DNA of 64,000 nucleotides, taken from contig NC_086097.1 of assembly GCF_963921235.1 (NCBI RefSeq), positions 56,360,001 through 56,424,000 on the forward strand, given 5' to 3'. This DNA comes from Mobula hypostoma (taxonomy: Eukaryota). The notes beneath the pieces are model-generated. The model ran no database searches. It was given only the letters and a program-made list of their open reading frames with translations, and had not been told where the DNA came from. The position numbers were made by a program, and so were the translations under genes. Positions 52,811 through 64,000 of this stretch are shown here, in pieces (position 1 is the first letter of the stretch; each line of letters begins with the position of its first letter).

Positions 52811-53582
52811 ACAGATACACCTCCTGTGCTCCTTGACGGGGGTTTCCACCATGCGTTCTGCCAGGCCGATATATGCTGCTCTGCATTCACAAAGAATCCT
52901 GTAAATACCAAGCGTCCTGAGTCCCAGCTCATCTTTGACCCACATAAGCTGCGATTTGAGCTTCCCTTCGGGTTTGTGGATGGTATTAATTTAGTATTTC
53001 TTCAGGATCCTGGCAATCCTTCCAGTGACTGTAGAATTGTAGGGAATACCGGCAGTAGTGGCGGGTTCCTCCTCGTTGTTAGTTTTCCTGATTTTTCTGT
53101 CAGTACTTTTAAGGGTCTGATTGATTTCTTTCACCTTGTAGCCATTCTATAGGAATGTAATCAATCAAGGAGCACAGGAGGTGTATCTGTTTGGATTACC
53201 CAGAGAAATCGGCAGTGGCAGAACATTGTATTCACAATGGCCATAGGATTGACTTCAAATGCACAAAACTACTGTGCCACACCAATGGGTTTTGGGACTG
53301 CCTGGTGAAGGAAGCCATTGAAATAAAAGTACAGGAAAAGAATTTTAAGAAAGATGAAGGTCTCACTCCAAGTAAGAACTGGAATTTAATTGTAAACAAG
53401 GTAGGACAGTAGGAACCTGATTGAATGAGGACTAACTGATCAGGAGAGATGGACGACAGGGGTATAAATACCACCGGACCAGACAGCCCTAGGCATCATC
53501 CCTGATGAAGATGGCAGAATGTGGCATCAAAACACTGGTTAAAATCAATAGCTGTACCTGGCAGGAAGCCCGAGAAGAGTTT
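52811..53582. mobile_element. Second Penelope family (GIY-YIG region) with internal inversion
   Basis: Minus 52811-53160 encodes GIYRILCECRAAYIG..KEHRRCI. Plus 53165-53412 encodes KEHRRCICLDYPEKSAVAEHC..KEAIEIK. Degenerate hammerhead core CTGATGA at 53502. Confidence 0.88.
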
Positions 53583-53724
53583 AGAGATAAACATAGAAAA
53601 CCTACAGCACAATACAGGCCCTTCAGCCTACAAAGCTGTGCCGAACGTGTTCTTACTTTAGAAATTACCTAGGGTTACCCATAGCACTCTATTTTTCTGA
53701 GCTCAATGTACCATAAAGAAGGAT

Positions 53725-55697
53725 AGTCAGAATCAGAATTAGGTTTATTATCATCGGCATGTGACGTGAAATTTGTTAACTTAGCAGCAGCAGTTCAATG
53801 CAGTACATAATCTAGCAGAGAAAAAATAAAAATAAAACATAATAAAGAAACAAGTAAATCAATTATGTATATTGAATAGATTATTTAAAAAATGTGCAAA
53901 AACAGAAATACAGTACATTAAAAAAGTGAGGTAGTGCTCAAGGGTTCAATGTCCATTTAGGAATCGGATGGCAGAGGGGAAGAAGCTGTTCCTGAATTGC
54001 TGAGTGTGTGCCTTCAGGCTTCTGTATCTCCTACCTGATGGTTACATGAGAAAAGTGCATGCCCTGGGTGCTGGATGTCTTTAATAATGGTCACTGCCTT
54101 TCTGAGACACCACTTCCTAAAGATGTCCTGGGTACTTTGTAGGCTAGTACCCAAGATGGAGCTGACTAGGTTTACAACCTTCTGCAGCTTCTTTCTGTCC
54201 TGTGCAGCAGCCTCTCCATACCAGAGAGTGATGCAGCCCATCAGAATGCTCTCCACGTGTCACAATGGCAGGGGATTGGGAGCAAGGGTGGACCCAAATG
54301 CAAGACACATCTTGTGAGGTTACTTAGGTTTAGTTTATTGTACAATACCAGGAGAGCAAGACAGAAGCAGGAATAGTGAACTGGACGAGGACTGAGGACT
54401 ATGACTAGGCTAGGACCAAGGGTCTGGGCTTGGACTCAGAATCAGCTCCCAGAACTAGAGTAGACATGAAGAGGCTAGAGTATGGACTCCGAGCCCTAGA
54501 CTGGGCAAGGACCCAGTACCTGGGTCTTGCCTCGGGCTCAGACCCCAGAACCAGGCAAGGACATGACATGGGCTAGGGAGAGGAGGAACATGGGAGCACA
54601 GAGCCTCAGTCTCGGGGAGCAGGTACATGGAACCATGGACACATACACAGAACAGAGAGCCGGGACCCCTCCTTTGGTACAGGACATAGGGCCAGGACTT
54701 GCACACAGAACAGAGACCCCTCCTTGGGTACAGGACATAGGGCCAGGACACATGACTCATGACCCTCCACAGGGCAATGGCAAGACAGCCAGACTTACCC
54801 CACAGAGGCAAGGACAAGACAAGACCAACACGAATGAACACCAGACAGTACCTATCTAGATCCAGTGATGGAACTAGACCAAAGTGCAGGTGGGGGCTGC
54901 AGACGAGGGCTAGAGGCAAGAGGGGCAGAGAAGGGATTCAGACAAGGGGGTAGGACAGGAATCACAGACTGCCAGGCCCAGGACATGACTCAGAACTGGA
55001 AGCCGCCAGGGCCAGGACTTGACATGATACTTAAACGCCGCCAGGACAGGACGTGGACGTGGTACTTGAATGCCGCTGGAGCCAGGACTTGACTTGAAGC
55101 CTCCGGGTAGTGCCGAGCTCTCGACTCGGCCTGGGAACAGTAGACAGCGGCTCTTGATTCTCTCCGACGGGTTAACTGACGGACCCACCTCAGTAAGGAA
55201 ACTTTGCAGGCTCTCTTTGGCGAGGTAACTTGACAAGGTTGCTCCAGTGAGGAAAGGCAAACTACCGGCACTCGCTTCAGGCGGAGACTAAGCTTACTCC
55301 GGCCAGATGACATTGGCACGCCGTGACTTTGCAGACACTCCCACGCCGAACGGCTGAAAGCCGGAGACTATAAACTACCGGTTCAGCCGAGCGTTAATTG
55401 CTTCTAATCACCAAAGTCAAGGGACACGGGAAAACAGGGAATCAATGGTCCGGATCGTAACATAAACAAGGTAAATTTAAAGGGATCCCGATCTGGACCA
55501 TGACACCACGGTGCAACTATAGAAGTTTTTGAGCGTATTTGTTGACATGCCAAATAGTTTCAAACTCCTAATAAAGTATAGCCGCTGTCTTGCCTTCTTT
55601 ATGGCTACATCAATATGCTGGGACCTGGTTAGATCCTCAGAGATCTTGACACCCAGGAACTTGAAACTGCTCACTCTCTCTACTTCTGATCCCCCTA
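53725..55697 (-). mobile_element. Rex1/Babar 3' end split by a solo LTR
   Basis: SSFKFLGVKISEDL..KKARQRLYF..FYSCTV(V) | ESILMGCITLWYG is continuous across the insertion. Confidence 0.88.
54258..55505. mobile_element. Solo LTR (1248 bp) with 5-bp TSD
   Basis: Termini TGTCA...TGACA. TSD ccacg at 54253-54257 and 55506-55510. Internal tandem duplications; CpG-rich right half. Confidence 0.85.
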
Positions 55698-56416
55698 CGA
55701 GCTGTGTAAAATATTGAGAGACAACTAACTTTGGACCTGGGCCACCATCAATCTAAAAAGGAGTTAGGATTCTTTTTATTGGTTTTACAGTGCCTACATT
55801 TTGCAAACCTGAAGATCTGGATAGATCTGTGCTGATGCTGTCCAGTCACTAAAAGACTGGTCAGTAACAGTGACAATAGCAAAAGTTATTGAGAGTGTAT
55901 TCAATTGTTTTATAATTTATGAAAATAAATTGCTCGCTAGTAAAATATTCCATAACAAATCTTCGGAAACCTACCCAGTGATGGCTTTACAGCAGATACA
56001 GTTAGGCACAGAGATGTCAAATATCCACTCAAGTCAACCGCTAGTAAAAAGAACTTGGAATATTTTGATGTCATGAAGACTAACGTCCTAAAATTGAAGT
56101 TTTCCACTGAAGAACATATTTAGAACATTTTTAATCAGAAATGAAAATTAGGACAATAAGGTTAGGCTCTTCTGTCAGTGAAGTATTAGGTGTATGGATT
56201 AAAAATCAGAGTGAGAATAGGAAGATATTTAATAAATGTAACACTGACTTTTATTTCAATCTTTCTTTTTAAGAACTGAATTGATACAAAACTAGTCGAT
56301 GTCATTTCAATCTGGCCCTGGCTAATGTGCAAAACTTCCTTGGTTTGGTGGCTTTACAATTGTTATGGAGGTCACCCAAGGTATCGAAAACACTTAACCC
56401 AGATTATTTCACTCAC

Positions 56417-56499
56417 CTGAAATCTGCGAGGAGGGTGTTTTTTTATTATACTGGTTTCCCCGTCGACCGGATTAATATCAAACGAGATGGCCGTGGGTA
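56417..56499 (-). CDS. CCDC198: CCDC198 coding exon 2 (83 nt, phase 1 to 0)
   Basis: Acceptor tttttag, donor CAG|gtgagt. Encodes VPTAISFDINPVDGETSIIKKHPPRRFQ, the best-conserved motif. Confidence 0.93.
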
Positions 56500-56984
56500 C
56501 TAAAAAGATAGAGGCAATTGGCAAAGAGGCAAACTTATCTTTTTGGAATCTCCTGTCAAACATTAATTACACAGAAATTATGATTTCTCGGATAATGGCT
56601 AAGAAAACCACATCAATTTGCAAATCTGTTTAATTATTAATAGATTTGTACGCACCCCAAGTAAATATTAACTAATTTGTATGTTCCGCGATCCAGGGGA
56701 GATTGTACTAAACTGGAAAAAGACGTCAACCGAGCCCGCATGTCCCCTGCATGCACAAAGTAGTTATTTGCCGAACAGTTTGATCGTCAGTAATACAATA
56801 CAAAAAAATAAATTACAACTAACTAACTGTGGTCTTCACACTTTTCTTTCACCTTCTGTAAGCGTTTCGTTGGAAGTGAACTTCAATGTCTGAGTTTAAG
56901 AACCGGCAGGTACAGTGGTGCGTCCGCTGGGACAAGCTACTGGCAGTTGCGAGAGGTTACTCAGCGTGTCAGGAGCCCACTCAC

Positions 56985-57198
56985 CTTGTTGGTGGCTGGG
57001 CAGCACGCCGGCAACGTGCCTCTCCTTCAGCGGAGGAAGGTCGCTTCTCCTCGGCTTTGAAATTTCCAGCGGCTCGCCGTGTTTCAGACGCTCCCCGTCC
57101 GCCCCGCCGGGTAATTGGTCCAAACCTCCCGTCTCGTTTGGGGGCACCGGCGTCACCTTGATCACCTTGTGCGAGACTTTAGACGAGCATAAGCCCAT
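56985..57198 (-). CDS. CCDC198: CCDC198 coding exon 1 (214 nt, ends phase 1)
   Basis: ATG at 57198 in strong Kozak context (aagATGG). Encodes MGLCSSKVSHKVIKVTPVPP...LPPLKERHVAGVLPSHQQ. Donor AAG|gtgagt. Lies in the CpG island. Confidence 0.9.
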
Positions 57199-57949
57199 CT
57201 TCTCACGGACTGACTAAAACGTCGGTTCCGGAGCACCTCCCGCATCACCTGGTGAGTTTCCGTGGGGTGTGTGGGCATGTACGTTGGGTTTAGTTATCCA
57301 GAACCGCTTGAGGGTTGAAGTGCAATGAGCCGGCGGGAATTCCGCAACGCCGACCGAGTTGCCCCGGCAACGCCGCGCCAGCGGTTGTGGCCCGTCACAA
57401 AGTAACCAGCAACTTCGCGTGTCACCGCCAGGTGAACGGGCGACACGGTCACGCCTGCCTGCACCCGGGCTTAACCCCAGCACCCAGTAAAGCATCTCGT
57501 CTCTCTTTGCTATTGCAAAATAGAGACTATATTAGTACAGATTTTGTTTTATCCTGCCAACAGTTAACTACCAAATGGCATGTCCCGCACTGCCTGCGTG
57601 CCTCCGCCTTCTCCAGAGCGAGGATTTATTGATCATATTGAACTGTCGCTCTTTCTGAGGAGCTCTTTTCTCTTAATGCATCAAACATCTGAGTGGGCAG
57701 TAAACGCCCATCAGTCAGAGTACCAGACAGACCTACAACCCGTCATTAACAAAATACCAGCTGCAAGGTCCACCTGTTAATGCTGAGGAAACAGGAACGG
57801 ATACAAAAGGACCATGACCCCTTTGTACCTCTTTTACCCACCATCTTTCTAGTTTTCTTGATGGCTTTATCTAATAAATTCTACTGATTAGTCTTGAACA
57901 TTGTAATTAATTCAGCACCCACAATATGTTGGGAGTATTTTAGATTTTC

Positions 57950-60243
57950 AGGTTAGGTAACAAACTGGGTCAGGTCACAGACCTCTCAGTGGGTGAACAT
58001 CTGGGGGACAGTGACCACCGCTCCCTGGCCTTTAGCATTATCATGGAAAAGGATAGAATCAGACAGGACAGGAAAATTTTTAATTGGGGAAGGGCAAATT
58101 ATGAGGCTATAAGGCTACAACTTGCAGATGTGAATTGGGATGATGTTTTTGCAGGGAAATGTACTATGAATATGTGCTCGATGTTTAGGGATCTCTTGCA
58201 GGATGTTAGGGATAAATTTGTCCCCGTGAGGAAGATAAAGAATGGTAGGGTGAAGGAACTATGGGTGACAAGTGAGGTGGAAAATCTAGTCAGGTGGAAG
58301 AAGGCAGCATACATGAGGTTTAGGAAGCAAGGATCAGATGGGTCTATTGAGGAATATAGGGAAGCAAGAAAGGAGCTTAAGAAGGGACTGAGGAGAGCAA
58401 CAAGGGGGCATGAGAAGGCCTTGTTGAGTAGGATAAAGGAAAACCCCAAGGCATTCTTCAATTATGTGAAGAACAAAAGGATGACAGGAGTGAAGGTAGG
58501 ACGGATTAGAGATAAAGGTGGGATGATGTGCCTGGAGGATGTGGAAGTGAGCGAGGTCCTCAATGAATACTTCTCTTCGGTATTCACCAATGAGAGGGAA
58601 CTTTATGACGGTGAGGACAATAAGAGTGAGGTTGATGTTCTGGAGCATGTTGATATTAAGGGAGAGGAGGTGTTGGAGTTGTTAAAACACATTAGGATGG
58701 ATAAGTCCCCAGGGCTTGATGGAATATTCCCCAGGACTTGATGGAATATTCCCCAGCCTGCTCCACAAGGCCAAGGAAGAGATTGCTGAGCCTCTGGCTA
58801 GGATCTTTATGTCCTCGTTGTCCACAGGAATGGTACCGGAGGATTGGAGGGAGGCGAATCTTGTCCCCTTGTTCAAAAAAGGTAGTAGGGATAGTCCAGG
58901 TAATTATAGACCAGTGAGCCTTACGTCTGTGGTGGGAAACCTGTTGGAAAAGATTCTTAGAGATAGGATCTATGGGCATTTAGAGAATCATGGACTGATC
59001 AGAGCAGTCAGCATGGCTTTGTGAAGGGCAGAAATCATGTCTAACAAGCCTGATAGAGTTCTTTGAGAAGACCAGGCATACAGATGAGGGTACTGCAGTA
59101 GATGTGATCTGCATGGATTTTAGTAAGGTATTTGACAAGGTTCCACACAGTATGCTTATTCAGAAAGTCAGAAGGCATGGGATCCAGGGAAGTTTGGCCA
59201 GGTGGATTCAGAATTGGCTTACCTGCAGAAAGCAGAGGGTCGTGGTGGAGGAAGTACATTCAGATTGGTGGGTTGTGACTAGTGGTGTCCCACAAGGATT
59301 GGTTCTGGGACCTCTACTTTTCGTGATTTTTATTAACGACCTGGATGTGGGGGTAGAAGGGTGGGTTGGCAAGTTTGCAGGGGACACAAAGTTTGGTGGT
59401 GTTGTGGATAGTGTAGAGGATTGTCGAAGATTGCAGAGAGACATTGATAGGATGCAGAAGTGGGCTGAGAAGTGGCAGATGGAGTTCAACCCGGAGAAGT
59501 GTGAGGTGGTACACTTTGGAAGGGCAAACTCCAAGACAGAGTACAAAGTAAATGGCAGGATACTTGGTAGTGTGGAGGAGCAGAGGGACCTGGGGTACAT
59601 GTCCACAGATCCCTGAAAGTTGTATCACAGGTAGATAGGGTGGTTAAGAAAGCTTATGGGGTGTTAGCTTTCATAAGTTGAAGGACAGAGTTTAAGAGTT
59701 GCGCAGTAATGATGCAGCTTTATAAAACTCTGGTTAGGCCACACTTGGAGTACTGTGTCCAGTTCTGGTCGCCTCACTATAGGAAGGATGTGGAAGCGTT
59801 GGAAAGGGTACAGAGGAGATTTACCAGGATGCTGCCTGGTTTAGAGAGTATGCATTATGATCAGAGATTAAGGGAGCTCGGGTTTTAATCTTTGAAGAGA
59901 AGGAGGATGAGAGGAGACATGATAAAGGTATACAAGATATTAAGAGGAATAGATAGAGTGGACAGCCAACGCCTCTTCCCCAGGGCACCACCGCTCAATA
60001 CAAGAGGACATGGCTTTAAGATAAGGGGTAGGAAGTTCAAGGGGGATATTAGAGGAAGGTTTTTTACTCAGAGAGTGGTTGGTGCGTGGAATACAGTGCC
60101 TGAGTCAGTGGTGGAGGCAGATAATCTAGTGAAATTTAAGAGACTATTAGACAGGTATATGGAGGAATTTAAGGTGGGGGGTTATATGGTAGGCGGGGTT
60201 TAAGGGTCAGCACATCATTGTGGGCTGTACTATTCTATGTTCT
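57950..60243 (+). mobile_element. 5'-truncated CR1 LINE ORF2
   Basis: GEHLGDSDH..IKENPKAFF..GNYRPVSLTSVVG..MDFSKVFDKVPH..GVPQG..KFAGDTK..TRGHG. A 22-nt tandem duplication at 58715-58756 shifts the frame. Confidence 0.96.
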
Positions 60244-60674
60244 ATTTTCATTCACCTTGTCATCTAATTTCAATATATAATGTTCTGCATGTCCCAGTCA
60301 TAAGTTTTACTGTACCTACCACACTCAGTTCCTCACCTTTATTGAAAAAAACTTGACTTCCAAAGGAATACAAACCAAGTTTATGCAATGTTTCTTAATC
60401 CGTTATCATTTAATATCATGGCTTCATTCTGCTGAAACTGCACTAGATCCTATTCAGAATCTTGTATATGTTCAATAGACAATACTGAAAGCAATGGTCC
60501 AGATAGAGTCAGACTAAATCTTTATATGATTGAACCACTGTTTACCTAGCTTTGAAATCCAGAGCAATTGAGATAAAGACTAACATTTAGTAATTCTGGT
60601 ACTTTTGTATCAGCTTTTGGTGATTTATATATGTAAGCACATACACACCTTGCTCTTCCACAGTTCCAGTCCCT

Positions 60675-61065
60675 AACATAAGAACATAAGAAATAGGAGC
60701 AGGAGTAGGCCATCCGGCCCATCGAGCCTGCCCCGCCATTCAATAAGATCATGGCTGATCCTTCTGTAAACTCAGCTCCATCTGCCGGCCTTTTCTCCAT
60801 AACCCTTAATTCCCCTACTATGTAAAAATCTGTCTAACTGTATCTTAAATATATTTAGTGAGGAAGCCTGAACTGGTTCCCTGGGCAGAGGATTCCAGAG
60901 ATTCACCACTCTCTGGGGAAAACAGTTTCTCCTCATCTCCGTCCTAAATCTTCTCCCCTGAATCTTGAGGCAATATCCCCTAGTTCGAGTCTCACCTACC
61001 AATGGAAACAACTTTCCTACTTCTATCTTATCTATCCCTTTCAAAATTTTGTATGTTTCTATAAG
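60675..61065 (-). mobile_element. CR1 3' end
   Basis: KGIDKIEVGKLFPLVGETRTRG..QRVVNLWN; (acataaga)n tail. Confidence 0.9.
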
Positions 61066-62027
61066 TTTCTACCAATTAAGAAAGAGTTCAATGCTTTTAG
61101 GCCACAGATACAATGCAGATATTCTCAGAGTCTTTGCCAAAGAATTTCATCTGCCAATGTTTATGCCACTAAAATTCTCGCTTGTCACCTTGTAACTTAT
61201 TGACTCATTTACAGAAATCTTTCTAATCAAGCATGCCCTCAAAGCTTCATACACAGTAGCCTGATTTTGAATTGTTTCTATATTTTCTGCATAGAGATAA
61301 CTGCAAACATTCAAAAGTTACGGAAACACATTTAATTTCCTCTATTAAGTCTATAGATTAGATCTATTAATCTATGGTCAGAAGTGAAAAATGTTGTGGT
61401 AGCATGTTGACCTTCTGTTTCCTAAACTTCATGTTCATCATTCCTGGGATGTTTTGGCTTGGTATTTGACATCAGAATTTAAATTTGCTACCTACCTTCA
61501 TGCTGTTTTCAATTGCTTTATCACATGTTGAATCTCCATTCTCTTCATATATTTTGTGTTAATGTTCATTGCATTCTTTCTGAAATGTCCTGCGGATTCT
61601 CCCCAAGCCCAATCATGAAGCAGAAGAAATCCTGTGACAAGATCTGAGAACAATAAATAGTTACCTGGCTTTTCAGCACCTGCCATTAGTAGCTTATTGA
61701 CAGTGGAAGAAGCTATTTCAAATTGGAGTTCTAGTGATGGAAGCATCATCTTTAACTATTTCTGTTAATGATAAATGCTAGGAATCAGACATGTGGATCT
61801 AAGATTGTTTTTCATTTGAGATTTCCTGCAATTGATCTCACTCTATATGACTTAACAAGGTTTTGCCCCCTTCAAAAATTATAATAGAATGTAACAAGGG
61901 ATTGTTTAATTTATTTACACTTTTCATAATGCTGATTTTAAGTTTGGGAATATATCCCTGCCATCTAGAGTTACTATAGCAAGGAGATTAGGGGTCATTA
62001 AACATTCTGAAGGTTTATTTCAGCTGT

Positions 62028-62370
62028 GAATTGAATTGAATTGACTTTATTTCTTACATCCTTCAAATACATGAGTAAAAATCTTTACGTTACATCTCCA
62101 TCTAAATGTGCAATGTGCAATCATAATAATTTATAATAAATAGAACAGTCAATGTAATATAGAGTACACTCAAATCAGCATGAGTTCATCAGCCTGAAGG
62201 CCTGGTGGAAGAAGCTGTCCTGGCTTTTATGCTGCGGATGGTAGCAGCTGGAATAGATTGTGGTTGGGATGGCTTGGGTCCCCAGTGATCCTACCAGACT
62301 TTTTTTACACACCTGTCCTTGTAAATGTCCTGATTCATGGGAAGTTCACAACTACAGATGCGCTGTAATT
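62028..62370 (-). mobile_element. Rex1-like LINE 3' remnant
   Basis: (aattg)n tail; cagcctgaaggcctggtggaagaagctgtcc motif. Confidence 0.55.
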
Positions 62371-62769
62371 ACCAAAGTACATTGTCTAAAACACACATTT
62401 AAGTCATTTGGCTCTTCATACTTGTCCTGGTTTTTCAAATTTAGTCCCATTCTCCTGGTTATTCTCCACAATCTTGCAAATTTGTTTTAGTGGGAATTGT
62501 TTTCCACACCATGTTAAAATAACATAGGCAGAAATTAAGATCGTAGGTGACAAGAGTCTGATTACAGTGAAGTAAGTGAGGTGAAAATTGTGAAATTGGA
62601 CTTGTAGTTATTGTAGATTTGAACAAAAACAGATTGAACCAAGAATTATGAATATTACCTTGGATCTGGAGAAGTCCAGGTCGTGGGAGCTGATCTTCTG
62701 AAATTGATCTCTTAAGCCATCTCTTCTCACTTTATTCTTGCAGTTTCTTCCTGAAGTGATTTTTTTTCA

Positions 62770-63610
62770 GAATATAGAACAGTACAACACAGGAACAGGC
62801 CCTTTAGCCCATAATGTCTGTGCTGGACATGATGCTGAATTAAGCTAATTCTCTTCTGCCTGTACATGGTCCATATCCCTCTATTCCCTGCATATCCATG
62901 TGTCTATCTAACAGCCATTTAATGCCATTATTATACTTACTTCCATCACTTCTCCTGACAGCCCATCCAGGCATCTGCTACTCTCTATGTAAGAAAACTC
63001 TGGCCAGCAGACCTCCTTTAAACTTACCCCCTCTCAACTTAAATGCTTATCCTCTGGTACTTTACATTTCTTCCTGCAAAAAAGCTTCTGACTGTCTACC
63101 CTATCTATGCCTATTATAATTTTATGAACTTCCATCATGTCTCCCCTCAGCATGTGCTGCTCCAGAGAAAACAATCAAATTGGTGCCAACTCTCCTTTTG
63201 GCTGATACCCTCTAATCCAGACAGAATCCTGGTAAATCTCTTCTGAATCCTTTCCAGAGCCTCCACATGTGTCCTGTAATGGGCAAACAGAAATGCACAG
63301 AATGTTCCAGGTGCAGCCTAACCAAACCAAAGCAGACTCAATGGGCCAAATGGTCTAATTCTGCTCCTACGTCTTATGGTCTTTTATCTAGCTGCAAATG
63401 ATTTCCTGAATCTCATACTCAGTCTTCCTATCAACAAAATCAAGCATTCCATGAGCCATTTTTTACCATCCTATCTACTTTGTGGCCACTTTCAATGGGT
63501 TATGTATCTAGACCCCCAGGATGTCTCTATACTTCAGTGCTGTTAAGGGTCCTGCCATTAAAAATAAAATTTCCTCTTAGGTTAGACCTCCTGAAGTGTA
63601 ACAGCTCACA
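62770..63610 (-). mobile_element. Decayed CR1 3' region
   Basis: atagaacagtacaacacaggaacaggcccttt tail; reverse complement of TRG..FKLRG and ERIQKRFTR motifs. Confidence 0.75.
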
Positions 63611-64000
63611 CCCACCCCACCCCTCTCCTGTCAATATCCTGACATCTGAGAACCTGAAAAGGTTATGCCATGTTGTCCGGTTTCAAACTGTCTTTGGCCT
63701 CCTATGACCCATAGACAAACTTGTAAGCGATTTCACTGATATCTGATTGTGCCTCACAAAAACCATGCCATCAAAAAGCACCTGTGCAGACCTGGCAGCA
63801 TGCTAATCACAATACAGTGGATTGCCAAGGAAGATTGCCAGTGCTTTTACTGCTATCTTTAACAGGTCTTTCTTCAAAAACATCTAAGTATTATCTCTAT
63901 CTGAGGAAACAAGATGTTGCTGTATGTGCTCTATAGATCTTTATTTTGATTGTGTTATATTACAGTTAAGTGTAGTAACAGCAATCAAAAATATTCATTT

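Larger units (their letters stand above)
35622..57198 (-). pseudogene. CCDC198: CCDC198 (C14orf105/FAME) homologue, 6 recognisable coding exons; 5' exons intact, 3' exons disrupted
   Basis: Spliced translation MGLCSSKVSHKVIKVTP..LPPLKE../..FDINPVDGETSIIKKHPPRRFQ/GLEPINSCTVITSEKLL../..RQQIEKMQ../..NKQK../..SSS..RTKTE*ILMFD matches recalled human CCDC198 motifs in order: MGLSHSK..VIKVAP, LPPLQE, FDIPLEHRETSIIKRHPPQRLQ, KLEPID..VITS, RQYLHKMQ, INKQ, SSSS, RTRTERIPLFD. Confidence 0.85.
56330..57620. promoter_or_regulatory. CpG island / probable promoter of CCDC198
   Basis: Non-repetitive, GC- and CpG-rich stretch spanning exons 1-2 and about 400 nt upstream, set in an otherwise CpG-depleted background. 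Confidence 0.8.

Noticed and set aside
54455..55319. Several overlapping 60-150 aa ORFs
   Set aside because: They lie inside the GC-rich, internally repetitive solo LTR; no protein motifs.
56886..57632. Plus-strand ORFs in the CpG island as a divergent coding gene
   Set aside because: GC-rich shadow ORFs, partly antisense to exon 1, with no recognisable homology.
61498..61749. 83-aa minus ORF, considered as an SLC35F4 exon or upstream CCDC198 exon
   Set aside because: No recognisable similarity and no coherent splice phase.

Overview
Eukaryotic, repeat-dense vertebrate DNA. The mix of CR1, Rex1/Babar, RTE, Penelope-like, Gypsy and V-domain/HE1-type SINE elements suggests a cartilaginous fish, probably a ray (inference). 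I can support one host gene: a minus-strand CCDC198 (C14orf105/FAME) homologue starting in a CpG island at ATG 57198. Exons 1-4 are intact, in phase and have GT-AG sites. Exon 5 carries an apparent 1-nt frameshift. Exon 6 has two nonsense codons and a frame change, and its last codons are replaced by a LINE fragment. The gene therefore looks C-terminally truncated or pseudogenising. The rest is mostly nested transposons. Notable ones are Penelope-like elements with hammerhead-ribozyme motifs, an ERV-like 5' end with a tRNA-Pro-like PBS, a two-LTR deletion derivative with a tRNA-Lys-like PBS, a solo LTR with a TSD, and an inverted Penelope insertion. I saw no prokaryotic-type systems such as CRISPR. 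TE boundaries are approximate unless TSDs or termini are given. All family and homology calls come from motif recognition by eye, not database searches.
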